From positions 87,921-151,920 of the IMG/VR virus record IMGVR_UViG_3300045988_127492: 64,000 bases of DNA; one strand, written 5' to 3'. The notes under the pieces are model-generated. The model was not told the DNA's origin. It made no database searches and worked only from the letters and a program-made list of their open reading frames with translations. This stretch comes from a virus. The stretch's first letter is position 1; each line of letters opens with the position of its first letter. This document shows, in pieces, positions 35,003-44,067 of this stretch. The position numbers and the translations under genes are program-made.

Positions 35003-35276
35003 TAGTTCTTCCCTTTTGTCTAATTAAAATAAGTTTTCGTACACCTTTTATTAGAACCATACAGTTTGGATAGTCACGCGGCTGGCAACCTATCCATGCT
35101 CCATAATATGTACAATGATTTCTCTTAAATTCTAATCTAGTTGGGAATTCACACATAATATTATTTAAAGAACTTCCACTAGCCCATTCAAAGCCTTGCT
35201 TTATAGCCATTTTAGTTATAGCTCTGTACTCTTTTTCATTGTTAATCTTTACAGTACAATCTCTAAGGTCAATCAT
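34995..35276 (-). CDS. family-C small protein with L-I-L-x-R tail
   Basis: MIDLRDCTVKINNEKEYRAITKMAIKQGFEWAS...FPTRLEF...VRKLILIRQKGRTND (from the internal ATG). Confidence 0.6.
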   Translation of the reverse strand: MIDLRDCTVKINNEKEYRAITKMAIKQGFEWASGSSLNNIMCEFPTRLEFKRNHCTYYGAWIGCQPRDYPNCMVLIKGVRKLILIRQKGRTND

Positions 35277-35413
35277 TTCCATCCCCATCCTTTCAAAGTA
35301 AGCATCTTTTTCAGGTTCTTACATTTAATGAAACTTGGTGTATATTCTTTTGTCTCTTCACAATATCCAAACCATTTACCTGATACATCCTTTTGAATAA
35401 TATATACTTTCAT
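35273..35413 (-). CDS. 46-aa small protein (below the ORF-track cutoff)
   Basis: MKVYIIQKDVSGKWFGYCEETKEYTPSFIKCKNLKKMLTLKGWGWK. ATGA overlaps at both ends fill an otherwise empty 120-nt gap. Confidence 0.5.
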   Translation of the reverse strand: MKVYIIQKDVSGKWFGYCEETKEYTPSFIKCKNLKKMLTLKGWGWK

Positions 35414-35703
35414 TGCTGATTCTCCTTCCTAAGTTTTATAATATTGTTTAATCCTGATGGAGAACGTAGCATAGCGTTGTTAAAGTACCATTCGATTCCA
35501 TGTCCATCTATTTTTATGAAGTACTCATCTGCTGTACCATCCGTTATAGCAACAATCTTACCTAATTTTCCACGATATTTTGCCATAGAAGTATTAAAAA
35601 GCAATGTTTCATATCCACAAATTGGTTTATGTTCATATACATAAAGATTATTGATAATCAAATCCTCTCTAACAATTACCTTGTCTCCAATCTTATATCT
35701 CAT
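35410..35703 (-). CDS. family-A small protein
   Basis: MRYKIGDKVIVRED...MAKYRGKLGKIVAI...PSGLNNIIKLRKENQQ. Confidence 0.65.
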   Translation of the reverse strand: MRYKIGDKVIVREDLIINNLYVYEHKPICGYETLLFNTSMAKYRGKLGKIVAITDGTADEYFIKIDGHGIEWYFNNAMLRSPSGLNNIIKLRKENQQ

Positions 35704-35923
35704 AATTTTCCTTTCTGGCTTCTATCAGTCTACTTAGACTTCCTACCGGAATAAGTGATGATCTATACCAGCATCCATCTGGAACCCCAATTAGATTATA
35801 ACCATTAAGACTCTTTCTACCAATCCTATAAACTTTTCCGAGATATTTTACCCCTATCTCACGAACTGCTAAGTTACGTTTTATACGAACCCAGTCTCCT
35901 ACTTTATATTCTCTCTTCTGCAT
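35693..35923 (-). CDS. family-A-like small protein (short form)
   Basis: MQKREYKVGDWVRIKRN...VGSLSRLIEARKENYEI. Confidence 0.6.
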   Translation of the reverse strand: MQKREYKVGDWVRIKRNLAVREIGVKYLGKVYRIGRKSLNGYNLIGVPDGCWYRSSLIPVGSLSRLIEARKENYEI

Positions 35924-36183
35924 ATCAAACCTCCTAAGCTATTAGCTGGCAATAACATGGCATCGTTAAATACCCACATGTTTTGTTCTACTTCTAAAGA
36001 TAATTCATAAAACTCTCCTTCATTATCAATTGAAGCTTTTGTTATTTTATATTCTCTCCCGCAAAATTTTTCCATTTGATGAGCAAACCATAATTTTCTA
36101 CTTGATGAATTTGAGTAGGGATATTCATTTCCTCCAATTAAATCTGTTCGAACTCTAACTCTATCCCCAACTTTATATCTCAT
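35899..36183 (-). CDS. family-A small protein
   Basis: MRYKVGDRVRVRTD...MEKFCGREYKITKA...NSLGGLICRRENIK. Confidence 0.65.
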   Translation of the reverse strand: MRYKVGDRVRVRTDLIGGNEYPYSNSSSRKLWFAHQMEKFCGREYKITKASIDNEGEFYELSLEVEQNMWVFNDAMLLPANSLGGLICRRENIK

Positions 36184-36428
36184 GTTCGTTTTCTCCTCCT
36201 ATCAATCAGTACAGTTAATCCTTTGTAAGGGATAAATTCGTCTGCTGGAAATACATAACCTCTAAGTTCTTCAAACATATAAGCTTCAAACGTATAAGCT
36301 TCTATCCCAGAAGTTAAACTTTTAATTAATCTTATAGTATATATATTTCCTAACAACCGTTCTCTATGGATACCCCATATCTTAAGAGGTGCATTAGTTT
36401 TAAGGATTACTTTGTCTCCTGGCCTCAT
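36180..36428 (-). CDS. family-A-like small protein
   Basis: MRPGDKVILKTN...YKGLTVLIDRRRKRT. Confidence 0.6.
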   Translation of the reverse strand: MRPGDKVILKTNAPLKIWGIHRERLLGNIYTIRLIKSLTSGIEAYTFEAYMFEELRGYVFPADEFIPYKGLTVLIDRRRKRT

Positions 36429-36642
36429 ATTGCCTCCTTTTGTGAATTGCAGAAGATAATGTGTCTTTTATAGGGATCAACATATCTATATCAAATATAT
36501 ATTTTGATTCTTCCACTAAACAGGAACCATAGTCATATATACTTTGTATGGTCAAAATTCTTCTTTGTACGTCTTTCACAGGAATCCCAAATACAGTCCC
36601 AGATAATCTAGGATCAACTATCACTTTATCTCCAACCTTCAT
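36400..36642 (-). CDS. family-A-like small protein
   Basis: MKVGDKVIVDPRL...KDTLSSAIHKRRQYE from the internal ATG 36642. Confidence 0.6.
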   Translation of the reverse strand: MKVGDKVIVDPRLSGTVFGIPVKDVQRRILTIQSIYDYGSCLVEESKYIFDIDMLIPIKDTLSSAIHKRRQYEARRQSNP

Positions 36643-36643
36643 G

Positions 36644-36799
36644 TTATTTCTCCAGTATAAAATCAAGTACTTCTACAATACTCATACCTGATATATCTAA
36701 TAGTTTCATTTCCTTTGAAGCATACTGCACAATACAAATCCCGTCCTTGATTGTACAGCTTGTTATGCCTCTCTTTTTTAATAACTTGTTCAGCTCCAT
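36644..36799 (-). CDS. 51-aa small protein (below the ORF-track cutoff)
   Basis: MELNKLLKKRGITSCTIKDGICIVQYASKEMKLLDISGMSIVEVLDFILEK, preceded by AAGGAG. Its stop lies 1 nt before the 36642 start. Confidence 0.5.
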   Translation of the reverse strand: MELNKLLKKRGITSCTIKDGICIVQYASKEMKLLDISGMSIVEVLDFILEK

Positions 36800-36810
36800 G
36801 ATGACTCCTT

Positions 36811-36850
36811 AAAATTCTCTTGGGGAGTCGAACCCCAAGAGAACTGTTTT
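36811..36850. terminator. bidirectional Rho-independent terminator (11-bp stem TTCTCTTGGGG/CCCCAAGAGAA)
   Basis: Perfect 11-bp stem with a 7-nt loop and T-tracts on both strands. Lies between 36865-37389 and the small-ORF array. Confidence 0.8.
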
Positions 36851-36864
36851 TATTTTATTGTTTA

Positions 36865-37389
36865 TTACTCAGCATCCGGCAGATAGAACTTTTTAATTCT
36901 ATCCTCACCAACAGCCTCTACAGCAGCCATTGCTACCTCATGAGAGCTGAAGTAAATACCGTCAGTGATTTTTCTTCTGCTCCATGTGGAGTCAACTTTC
37001 TCTGTCTCTCTGTTCCAGCAGAGTTTGTATTTTCTCTGAGAGTGATCGTCCCAATCAATCTCATCGTTGTGATCAATAGCGAAGCGTTTCAGCTCTGCTA
37101 CAATCATCAGATACTCAGCAGCTGCATCTCTCTCCTCCTCAGTCTTGAAGCAGTTACCTACTGCAAGTCTCATTACATCTTTCTGGTTCTCTGTTGTGAA
37201 TACTCCGCCGTCTTTCTTACCTGTACCCCACAGATAGAAGTACTGCTCGCCCTCTGTTGGCTCCCAATGTTTCTGTACTGTCTCTGGTGCATCAATCATT
37301 TCCTGAAATGCTCCGATGAGTTCTTTAAGCTCGTCCTGTCCAAGTGTTGCAAAAATTCTTGTAATAGTAGTAATGTTCATCATAGTCAA
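36865..37389 (-). CDS. hypothetical protein (isolated, terminator-flanked cassette)
   Basis: 174-aa ORF that looks GC-richer by eye than its neighbours. AAAGGAG RBS. No family recognised. Confidence 0.65.
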   Translation of the reverse strand: MTMMNITTITRIFATLGQDELKELIGAFQEMIDAPETVQKHWEPTEGEQYFYLWGTGKKDGGVFTTENQKDVMRLAVGNCFKTEEERDAAAEYLMIVAELKRFAIDHNDEIDWDDHSQRKYKLCWNRETEKVDSTWSRRKITDGIYFSSHEVAMAAVEAVGEDRIKKFYLPDAE

Positions 37390-37521
37390 ATTCTCCTTTT
37401 AATCCTTGTTTTCTTATTTTTTCTTATTTCTCTTTTTAAATCCTATATTCAGTTGTAATTTATATGAAAACCTCTTAGTGGGCTAGAGGTCAATCATATA
37501 CTTTGGCATATCCATTCCTCC

Positions 37522-38508
37522 TTACGCTGCTGATTTAATATCTATAATGTCACAAACAGAATAATACTGATAATGACTTAAAACGATACCAATTGCTTCC
37601 ATTTCATTTACTGCAAGAACTTCACAACATATTTCTTCTTCCTTGTATCCTAGAAGATATACATGAAAGTATTTCTTAGCTGCTTTTTCATTTGAAAACA
37701 TAAGGACACCAGAATCTGTATAAGCTGTTGTGTAATCTGTGCTAATAGGTGATGTCTCTTCTTCATCATCCCAGTCTTTCCACCAGTTTCCATATTTACC
37801 ATAGCCATAAGCAGCTTCGATGTACTCAAAAGGCTCTTCACATGGTAAAGCAAGAATCTTTTTCGCTTCTTCAATCGTTGATAAAAGAGCTTCTACATTG
37901 ATGGTTTCTGTTATTGTGTGCTCATTAAAGTATCCAGATGAAAGATTCACTGCCGCTACTTGCAATACAGGAGCAATTATTGAAATATCAGACACTGAAC
38001 CCCATTCTGTTTTGAAATAACCAGTTGATTCAATAAACTCTTTAAAATCTGGGTTATCACAAGAGTAAAATACACAATCGTTTGTTCCTCTACGGTCAAT
38101 TTCAATTATGTAATTTATATTATTGTTTACTACATAATCACTCTTTGCAAACTTCCCAGATCCTACACAACCAATCTCTTCATCTTCTGTAAATAATACA
38201 GAACAATGATAGTCCTTAATGATCTGTAAGATAGCGTAGATTCCACACCGGTCATCTCCCCCAATTCCTTGAGGGGAAGACATAATTGCTCCGTTATATT
38301 TGATTTTCTGGACACATTCTTTATGTACTGTGTCCATATGAGCAACTAAGAGTACTGGGAAAGTTCCTTCTGCATAAAGGAAACCATCTTCTGACTTAGG
38401 CTCATAACCTGCTGCTTCCAATTTAGCTTCCAGATGTCTCTTGAGAGTCATCTGTTTCATTTTTAAGATTTCTTCAAATTCTACAATTCTGTATTTATTT
38501 TCATTCAT
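37522..38508 (-). CDS. M28/M42-like metallopeptidase-fold protein with C-terminal extension
   Basis: VLLVAHMDTVH, GIGGDDRCG and FTEDEEIGCVGS resemble the metal-ligand motifs of co-catalytic Zn aminopeptidases. Confidence 0.55.
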   Translation of the reverse strand: MNENKYRIVEFEEILKMKQMTLKRHLEAKLEAAGYEPKSEDGFLYAEGTFPVLLVAHMDTVHKECVQKIKYNGAIMSSPQGIGGDDRCGIYAILQIIKDYHCSVLFTEDEEIGCVGSGKFAKSDYVVNNNINYIIEIDRRGTNDCVFYSCDNPDFKEFIESTGYFKTEWGSVSDISIIAPVLQVAAVNLSSGYFNEHTITETINVEALLSTIEEAKKILALPCEEPFEYIEAAYGYGKYGNWWKDWDDEEETSPISTDYTTAYTDSGVLMFSNEKAAKKYFHVYLLGYKEEEICCEVLAVNEMEAIGIVLSHYQYYSVCDIIDIKSAA

Positions 38509-40021
38509 CTCCGGTCTCCTTTTCTACACAATCTGGACAAAGTCCTTTATCATCGTCTCCGATTACATAGAGACTGCCGCATTCTTTGCATTCTTTAACT
38601 TTTTCGTTAAAGAAATAGTCACCCTCACGTTCAACATATGTATAATTTTCCTCTAAACACTGACTACACACATTTTCATTAGTCGACTCTACATGAATAA
38701 CATCTTCATCTCTTCGTAATCTTCCACAACAATCACATGTTGTGAATTCATTATCTTTACAATCATCACAGATATCCATATCTAATTCACTATAATAATG
38801 AATATAATCGTTAGGGATTCTTTCATCACAGCAATCACAGAAAGTAGAACAATCACAACAGTACCATTGGTCGTCAATAAGATACATATCATCTTCATCA
38901 TAACGACAGCCGCATCTATGACATCTTCGTGTTCCATCGGATCCGTCATAGCAATCTTCACAAAGAAGTGTTGATTCATTATCATGCCAATCGCCGCATT
39001 TTACACAATAGATATCATGTCCTACAGTCATTTTTCTATTGTCAACTCTTCCCTTGGGAATCATTTTGACGATTCTACTTACTGAACACTCATTCTGATA
39101 GCTATAATCTCTATAATGAGTTCCCTCAGAATGAATAACTCCGCAGCAAGCTTCTGTTCCACCTTTCTTTCTCCAAAGATTAGGTGCTACTAAGCAGTCA
39201 GCAATAATCTTCTGAAGCTGTGCTCTGATTGGTGTATACAGTGAGTTCTGACCATCATTACACTGAGGATACAGTCTTCCCTGTATGAGGATTCCATCCT
39301 TATAATGAAACATCTGACGAATGATCTTAGGCTCAAACTCTAAGTCATTTCCGTCATATTCTTTGTCTACCTGATAATAAACCATTGTAGTTCCATCAAG
39401 CAGATAACTCATGGTACCGGAACAATGGCATCCTGAATATCCATTAGGATTATTCTTATCAAGTGTGTGGCAAGAAGACCAGCTGTTTCCGTTGCTTGAT
39501 AATAAATAATCAACTGGATTAACTGACAGAATCGTATGTCTGACCTGATCCAGTGGATTGATTGCATCAGAATACTTTGCGTATTCTTTTTCATAACCAC
39601 TTCTTTTGTCTATTCCTAAGAGCTTACAAATCTTATTTACTGCTCTTGAAGTTTTCTGTCCTGCTGCGATTCCTTTGATTTCTGGATAGGACTTTTTAAT
39701 TCTTTCTGCCATATCCTCAGTTAAAAGCTGTTCTTTATAATATTTCAAACAATCAAGGGCATCTGTATAACCGCTCACATCTATCACTCTATCAAGAAAC
39801 CGATAAATTTTATTTTCATCAACTTTTCCTTTGACATTCTGATCAAATGCTACATAACATTTCTCTTCATTCCAATTCGGATGATGTCTTAACAACTCAA
39901 TCAGAGGAGCTTTGCCCTCTGCCCAGATGTCAATAATTTTATTAATTGCACTGGTACCCCAAGGGATATCATACATATTAAGAACTTTAATCATACCCTG
40001 TTTCATTGTTTCCTTATTCAT
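38501..40021 (-). CDS. large hypothetical protein with multi-CxxC C-terminal region
   Basis: 506 aa. The last ~190 aa hold more than 10 CxxC pairs. Nested alternative-frame ORFs were ignored. Confidence 0.6.
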   Translation of the reverse strand: MNKETMKQGMIKVLNMYDIPWGTSAINKIIDIWAEGKAPLIELLRHHPNWNEEKCYVAFDQNVKGKVDENKIYRFLDRVIDVSGYTDALDCLKYYKEQLLTEDMAERIKKSYPEIKGIAAGQKTSRAVNKICKLLGIDKRSGYEKEYAKYSDAINPLDQVRHTILSVNPVDYLLSSNGNSWSSCHTLDKNNPNGYSGCHCSGTMSYLLDGTTMVYYQVDKEYDGNDLEFEPKIIRQMFHYKDGILIQGRLYPQCNDGQNSLYTPIRAQLQKIIADCLVAPNLWRKKGGTEACCGVIHSEGTHYRDYSYQNECSVSRIVKMIPKGRVDNRKMTVGHDIYCVKCGDWHDNESTLLCEDCYDGSDGTRRCHRCGCRYDEDDMYLIDDQWYCCDCSTFCDCCDERIPNDYIHYYSELDMDICDDCKDNEFTTCDCCGRLRRDEDVIHVESTNENVCSQCLEENYTYVEREGDYFFNEKVKECKECGSLYVIGDDDKGLCPDCVEKETGDE

Positions 40022-40677
40022 GCTGCAAAACCTCCTAATATTGTTTCGTATAACTCTTCCGGAACCTGTTCTTTTCCTAAGTACTGCTCTGAAATTTCCT
40101 TTGCTTTAACTACTGCCGAAGTTCCTTTATCTTTGATTCTTTCATAGAAAGCTTCAACAGTATTCATGACTTTGGATATTGTCTCATACTCCGTGTACAA
40201 TTCCTTATCATCTGCCTGGACCTGTTCAAACACTTCCTGTACTCCATAAGCTACGAAACATTCTGGACAATAATCGTTCACCAGAGGACCGGAAATAATC
40301 TTTCCGCAGTGCTTACAAATGCTCAACTGGTAATCTCGCTCATCCAGATCCTTGTAGTCATCATTTTCAAACTTGAAAACTTCATACTGGTCAAAGATAT
40401 ATGCTGCATCGTATCCCTTGGCGAGTTCCTCAAATTTAATCAGAACTTCTACAGAATCTTCATTGTCCTGCGTAAATGGTTTTATTTTGTGGTTTAAGGG
40501 TTTCGTTTTTAACTGATCCTCATCAATATAGAGATATTTTGAGTCAAAGTTCTCAGTGATGTCTTCTCCTTGGACGTATTTCTTGAAGATAAAACCAAGA
40601 ATAATATTAATATTTTCTGTTTCTGCTTCTGATGAAGTGATTTTGTTATCTTTATATAAACTAATAAGTGTTGCCAT
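40018..40677 (-). CDS. hypothetical protein with central zinc ribbon
   Basis: CKHCGKIISGPLVNDYCPEC. 219 aa. Preceded by a consensus promoter. Confidence 0.6.
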   Translation of the reverse strand: MATLISLYKDNKITSSEAETENINIILGFIFKKYVQGEDITENFDSKYLYIDEDQLKTKPLNHKIKPFTQDNEDSVEVLIKFEELAKGYDAAYIFDQYEVFKFENDDYKDLDERDYQLSICKHCGKIISGPLVNDYCPECFVAYGVQEVFEQVQADDKELYTEYETISKVMNTVEAFYERIKDKGTSAVVKAKEISEQYLGKEQVPEELYETILGGFAA

Positions 40678-40706
40678 GTCTGTTCTCCTTTCTTGACTGT
40701 AACTGC

Positions 40707-40735
40707 ATTATAAACCATTTTGTAAAACCTGTCAA
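40707..40735 (-). promoter_or_regulatory. consensus sigma-A promoter TTGACA-N17-TATAAT
   Basis: Minus strand reads TTGACA ggttttacaaaatggtt TATAAT, ~30 nt upstream of the 40677 start. Confidence 0.8.
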
Positions 40736-40764
40736 TAGTTTAAAATAAGTTTTTACAAAATAGT

Positions 40765-41607
40765 TTAAGAAATTTTTCTTCCTCTTTCATTAAACATTTT
40801 TGCTTCTCCGATAGATACCAGATAATCCTGCATGTAGAGAGCTAAACTCATACCTGGCCTCTCTGGATAGGCGGCTAATCCTTTAGCTCTGAGTGTACTT
40901 GGCTCAGTTTCTCTCATAATAGGAACAAGTTTAAACAAACCAACTGAACCATAGTAGGTATAAATAGTATATAAGGCATGTAATACATATTTGCTTAAAC
41001 CATTAATTTCCATTGTATAGCCAGCTCTATAACAAGTACCAACAATTGCTTCTAATCCAATATATCCTGAAGATCTAGAAATATTGTAGGCTAAATCATA
41101 AGAGCCAATTGCACCTGCACTCTGGTTTCCTTTGTAGTTACTAATTGTTAAGTTGTATTCATCAATTACTTTCTGTATAGCGGTACATACAGGGTCATTT
41201 AATACTAATCCTGCTTTGTGCTGCTGCATTTTACTTACTTTCTCTGTACAATTTGACTGACGTACAAAAATTGAAGCCTCATATTTTCTTCTCTCTTCCG
41301 GATCAGTTGGTGCTGTAGTGATAACCACACACTCAAGTGCATCTAAAATTCCTTCTGATGCACAACATCTTCCATTGCCGTCTACAATAGAGAACGTTCC
41401 TTCTTCCGGATGCGGCACTACTAACAGCGGATCCATAAGAGTGTGATCAAATTCTTTATGCAGTTTTGCAATTTTCTTTGATCTACCTGCTTCTAACCGC
41501 TGATATGCTGGATCAACGGATAACAGCTCTCTTGGGATTACCGCTAAGTGCTTGCTTCCTGATACTAAAAGGTTGTTCATAATTGTATTAAATAATACGT
41601 TGTTCAT
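40765..41607 (-). CDS. ParB/Srx-like N-terminal-domain protein
   Basis: LLSVDPAYQR...IVDGNGRCCA (ParB-like nuclease/NTPase fold motifs). Start moved to ATG 41607. Confidence 0.6.
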   Translation of the reverse strand: MNNVLFNTIMNNLLVSGSKHLAVIPRELLSVDPAYQRLEAGRSKKIAKLHKEFDHTLMDPLLVVPHPEEGTFSIVDGNGRCCASEGILDALECVVITTAPTDPEERRKYEASIFVRQSNCTEKVSKMQQHKAGLVLNDPVCTAIQKVIDEYNLTISNYKGNQSAGAIGSYDLAYNISRSSGYIGLEAIVGTCYRAGYTMEINGLSKYVLHALYTIYTYYGSVGLFKLVPIMRETEPSTLRAKGLAAYPERPGMSLALYMQDYLVSIGEAKMFNERGRKIS

Positions 41608-41681
41608 TGCTTCTTTTCCTCTTTTCTTAAATTTATATAATAAAAAAGAGCTGTTTCCACAGCTCTGATTTACTTTCTTGT

Positions 41682-41915
41682 TTACTGATTGCATTCTACT
41701 AAATTAGTAAGATACTCAATACCATGCCCACAAAATGCTGTCAACACTTCATCGAGTACATTGTACTGTTCTTCTGTTTCACAGAGTTCTAATGCCTGGA
41801 GAACTCCGTAACCTCTCTCATACTCACTGCTGTTCTGCAGTTCCTTAGTGAGCACGTCTCCTAAGATTTCTGTTGCGTAATCAACAGAGAATAATCTTTC
41901 TTTTGCTGTTTTCAT
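41682..41915 (-). CDS. hypothetical small protein
   Basis: Start ATG 41915, preceded by AAGGAGG and overlapping the upstream stop (ATGA). Confidence 0.55.
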   Translation of the reverse strand: MKTAKERLFSVDYATEILGDVLTKELQNSSEYERGYGVLQALELCETEEQYNVLDEVLTAFCGHGIEYLTNLVECNQ

Positions 41916-42235
41916 CTTGAAAACCTCCTTGATATAATTAATTCTTTGAGATTCTTTGGTTCTCTTGTCCAAATTAAATCTTTGTCTTTGTAGTCCATTT
42001 TGTATGTAAGACTATCCACGGTAGACTTGTATAATGCTATTATTGAATATACAGGATTACCTTCAGAGTTCAAATTTTCTTTGTAACTATTGCTTGTCAT
42101 AAATCCACTAGAATTAATAAAGCAAAAGTCTTGACTACCATAGTTTTTAGTCTCACAATTGGTAAGAACAAGATATTTCCCACATGGCATAACAGCTGTC
42201 ATGCCAGACCGGAGTTTCTTTCTTAAATCAACCAT
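41912..42235 (-). CDS. small protein with L-I-x-x-R-R tail
   Basis: Ends KNLKELIISRRFSR. The AGG AGG (RR) codons are the SD of 41682-41915. Confidence 0.55.
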   Translation of the reverse strand: MVDLRKKLRSGMTAVMPCGKYLVLTNCETKNYGSQDFCFINSSGFMTSNSYKENLNSEGNPVYSIIALYKSTVDSLTYKMDYKDKDLIWTREPKNLKELIISRRFSR

Positions 42236-42431
42236 TTTGTCTCCTCTCTATCAGTCCACGTAGGCGTAGAATAGAAATTAAATCTTGATCGTTAGTCCAG
42301 TGTAATTGGTTATTTTTACGATAATGGATCAAATAAGGTGAATCAAGTAATGGATCTTTATAAATATATACTACTTTTCCAATACCATAAAGTCGATGAC
42401 AGACTATATCATCTATTTTTATCTTGTGCAC
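42228..42431 (-). CDS. family-B small protein (Tudor-like H-x-x-(F/Y)-G-x-G-K-V motif plus L-I-x-x-R-R tail)
   Basis: GTG start. IVCHRLYGIGKVVYIY ... LRGLIERRQNG. Confidence 0.65.
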   Translation of the reverse strand: MHKIKIDDIVCHRLYGIGKVVYIYKDPLLDSPYLIHYRKNNQLHWTNDQDLISILRLRGLIERRQNG

Positions 42432-42651
42432 TTCTTCTCCTTTCTATTAGACCGTACAACGATATTGAAATAAAAGTAAGTGTACTTTTAAAACACCAGT
42501 AATAATGACAGTCTGAACCTCTCCCAAATCCATCATGTAGTATCTTATTTTCTTTATAAAAATAAATCAAATAAAGCGCAGGACTAATCCTAATATCTAC
42601 AATTTTTCCAATACCAAATTCTTCTCGCCATACAATATCACCTATTTGCAT
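42409..42651 (-). CDS. family-B small protein
   Basis: MQIGDIVWREEFGIGKIVDIR ... LYGLIERRRSAQDKNR. GAAAGGAGA (ERR) serves as the SD for the next gene's GTG. Confidence 0.65.
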   Translation of the reverse strand: MQIGDIVWREEFGIGKIVDIRISPALYLIYFYKENKILHDGFGRGSDCHYYWCFKSTLTFISISLYGLIERRRSAQDKNR

Positions 42652-42872
42652 TGCTGTCTCCTCTTTATAATACGTCCTAAGGTATTTTTATTTATTAATA
42701 TATGTCCAACTTCATGAGGCCAAGCCCAATATATGTGTCTACTTTTGTCAAAGATGAATGTCTCGTTTGCCTTGTAGAAGTATATTTCATAAAAAGAACC
42801 GTCGTACCCTATAACTTTTCCAACTCCACATTGGGGATGACATACTATTCCGCCTATCCATCTTTGTCTCAT
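42642..42872 (-). CDS. family-B small protein
   Basis: IVCHPQCGVGKVIGYDG ... TLGRIIKRRQQCK. Confidence 0.65.
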   Translation of the reverse strand: MRQRWIGGIVCHPQCGVGKVIGYDGSFYEIYFYKANETFIFDKSRHIYWAWPHEVGHILINKNTLGRIIKRRQQCK

Positions 42873-43126
42873 ATCTTTGCCTTTCTGATTTCAATCAAAG
42901 CTTTTAATGAATTATCATCACAGAAAAAACACTGTAATTCTTTTTTGCTGAACCACCATCCATGGTTATTTTTACAAGATCCAGGTATAGCGGCTCCGTC
43001 ATGTAGATCTTGATGTGCCTTGAAAAAGTAAACTAAATAATTAAGATCATCAAAGTGTTCTTCATACTTAATAATTTTACCTATACCATAAATCGGATGG
43101 TGTATTAATTTATTGAAATCTCCCAT
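42869..43126 (-). CDS. family-B small protein
   Basis: LIHHPIYGIGKIIKYEE ... HDGAAIPGSCKNNHGWWFS ... LKALIEIRKAKI. Confidence 0.65.
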   Translation of the reverse strand: MGDFNKLIHHPIYGIGKIIKYEEHFDDLNYLVYFFKAHQDLHDGAAIPGSCKNNHGWWFSKKELQCFFCDDNSLKALIEIRKAKI

Positions 43127-43410
43127 TCTTTATCACTTTCCTTTCCATGTGGTATATAATCTACATATATACATATCTTTTTTGATTCGCGTCTCTTTTC
43201 TATAAGCAACCCTAAAGGTGAAGTTTTCATATCTTTGATTTGACATGGACTAAACCACCAACCATGATTATCTTCACATGCACCAGGCTCTATTGCACCA
43301 TCATGCAAATCTTCATCTTCTTTGAAAAAATAAACAAGCTCACTTCCAGGGCGTACTCGTATTACTTTCCCTATTCCAAAATGTGGGTGTCTGACATAGT
43401 TTCCTATCAT
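43105..43410 (-). CDS. family-B small protein
   Basis: YVRHPHFGIGKVIRVRPG ... HDGAIEPGACEDNHGWWFS ... LGLLIEKRRESKK plus a 24-aa extra tail. Confidence 0.65.
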   Translation of the reverse strand: MIGNYVRHPHFGIGKVIRVRPGSELVYFFKEDEDLHDGAIEPGACEDNHGWWFSPCQIKDMKTSPLGLLIEKRRESKKICIYVDYIPHGKESDKEWEISIN

Positions 43411-43643
43411 TTGCCTTGCCTCTTTTCTATAAAATGTCTCAATGGTTTCTTATGCAGAAACTTAATCTCTTGTTTCGTATAAATCATACAATTAGGCATG
43501 TGTTTCCCATCGCCATCCAGTACATGAAAAGTCGCTTCATTTTGCTTGCAAACTTGTACAGCATAGGGGTAAATACATTTATAAAGATAACATTTGAATT
43601 TTCCCAACCCAAATTTAGGTTCCCATACATATATGTTCTGCAT
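43407..43643 (-). CDS. family-B small protein
   Basis: YVWEPKFGLGKFKCY ... PLRHFIEKRQGK. Confidence 0.6.
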   Translation of the reverse strand: MQNIYVWEPKFGLGKFKCYLYKCIYPYAVQVCKQNEATFHVLDGDGKHMPNCMIYTKQEIKFLHKKPLRHFIEKRQGK

Positions 43644-43645
43644 AA

Positions 43646-43888
43646 TTATCCCTTCTTTCTCTTGGTTATCAAATCAATTAATGGTCTTTTGCGTAAATAT
43701 ACGAATTCACCTTTTCTATAGGCCTGCGCATTAACTACTGTTCTTCCTTTATATTCGCCAGTATAAAGGAAATAACCATTTTTATAATGTTCTACCACAT
43801 ACCTGCGACTTTGATAAGCTATCGGATCATAGAAACTTAACTTGCCGAATCCATCAAGAGTTTTTACATAGATGTGTCTCATTTCCAT
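43646..43888 (-). CDS. family-B-like small protein
   Basis: YVKTLDGFGKLSFYD ... PLIDLITKRKKG. Confidence 0.6.
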   Translation of the reverse strand: MEMRHIYVKTLDGFGKLSFYDPIAYQSRRYVVEHYKNGYFLYTGEYKGRTVVNAQAYRKGEFVYLRKRPLIDLITKRKKG

Positions 43889-44067
43889 TCTCCTTTTCTG
43901 CGCAAGATTGCTTCATAAAGAGTATTGTAAACTACGAATGGCTGCAATACCTCTTCTGAAAATTCAAGGACACTATCGTAATGTAAAAAATCCACAAGAC
44001 ATTTACCTTCTTTTATTTTTTCCACTGCGCATCCTGTTCTTCCTACTTTTGTGTATATTATTTTCAT
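43879..44067 (-). CDS. family-B-like small protein (most divergent, first of the array)
   Basis: From ATG 44067 (GGGAGG RBS): MKIIYTKVGRTGCAVEKI ... LYEAILRRKGEWK. Confidence 0.55.
   Translation of the reverse strand: MKIIYTKVGRTGCAVEKIKEGKCLVDFLHYDSVLEFSEEVLQPFVVYNTLYEAILRRKGEWK

Noticed and set aside
36815-36843. The sequence TGGGGTTCGACTCCCCA looks like a tRNA T-arm, so it could be a tRNA fragment or attP core.
   Set aside because: The pairing extends to a perfect 11-bp stem (TTCTCTTGGGG/CCCCAAGAGAA) with T-tracts on both sides and no acceptor, anticodon or D-arm context. It is best explained as a bidirectional intrinsic terminator. The attP idea cannot be tested without the host sequence.
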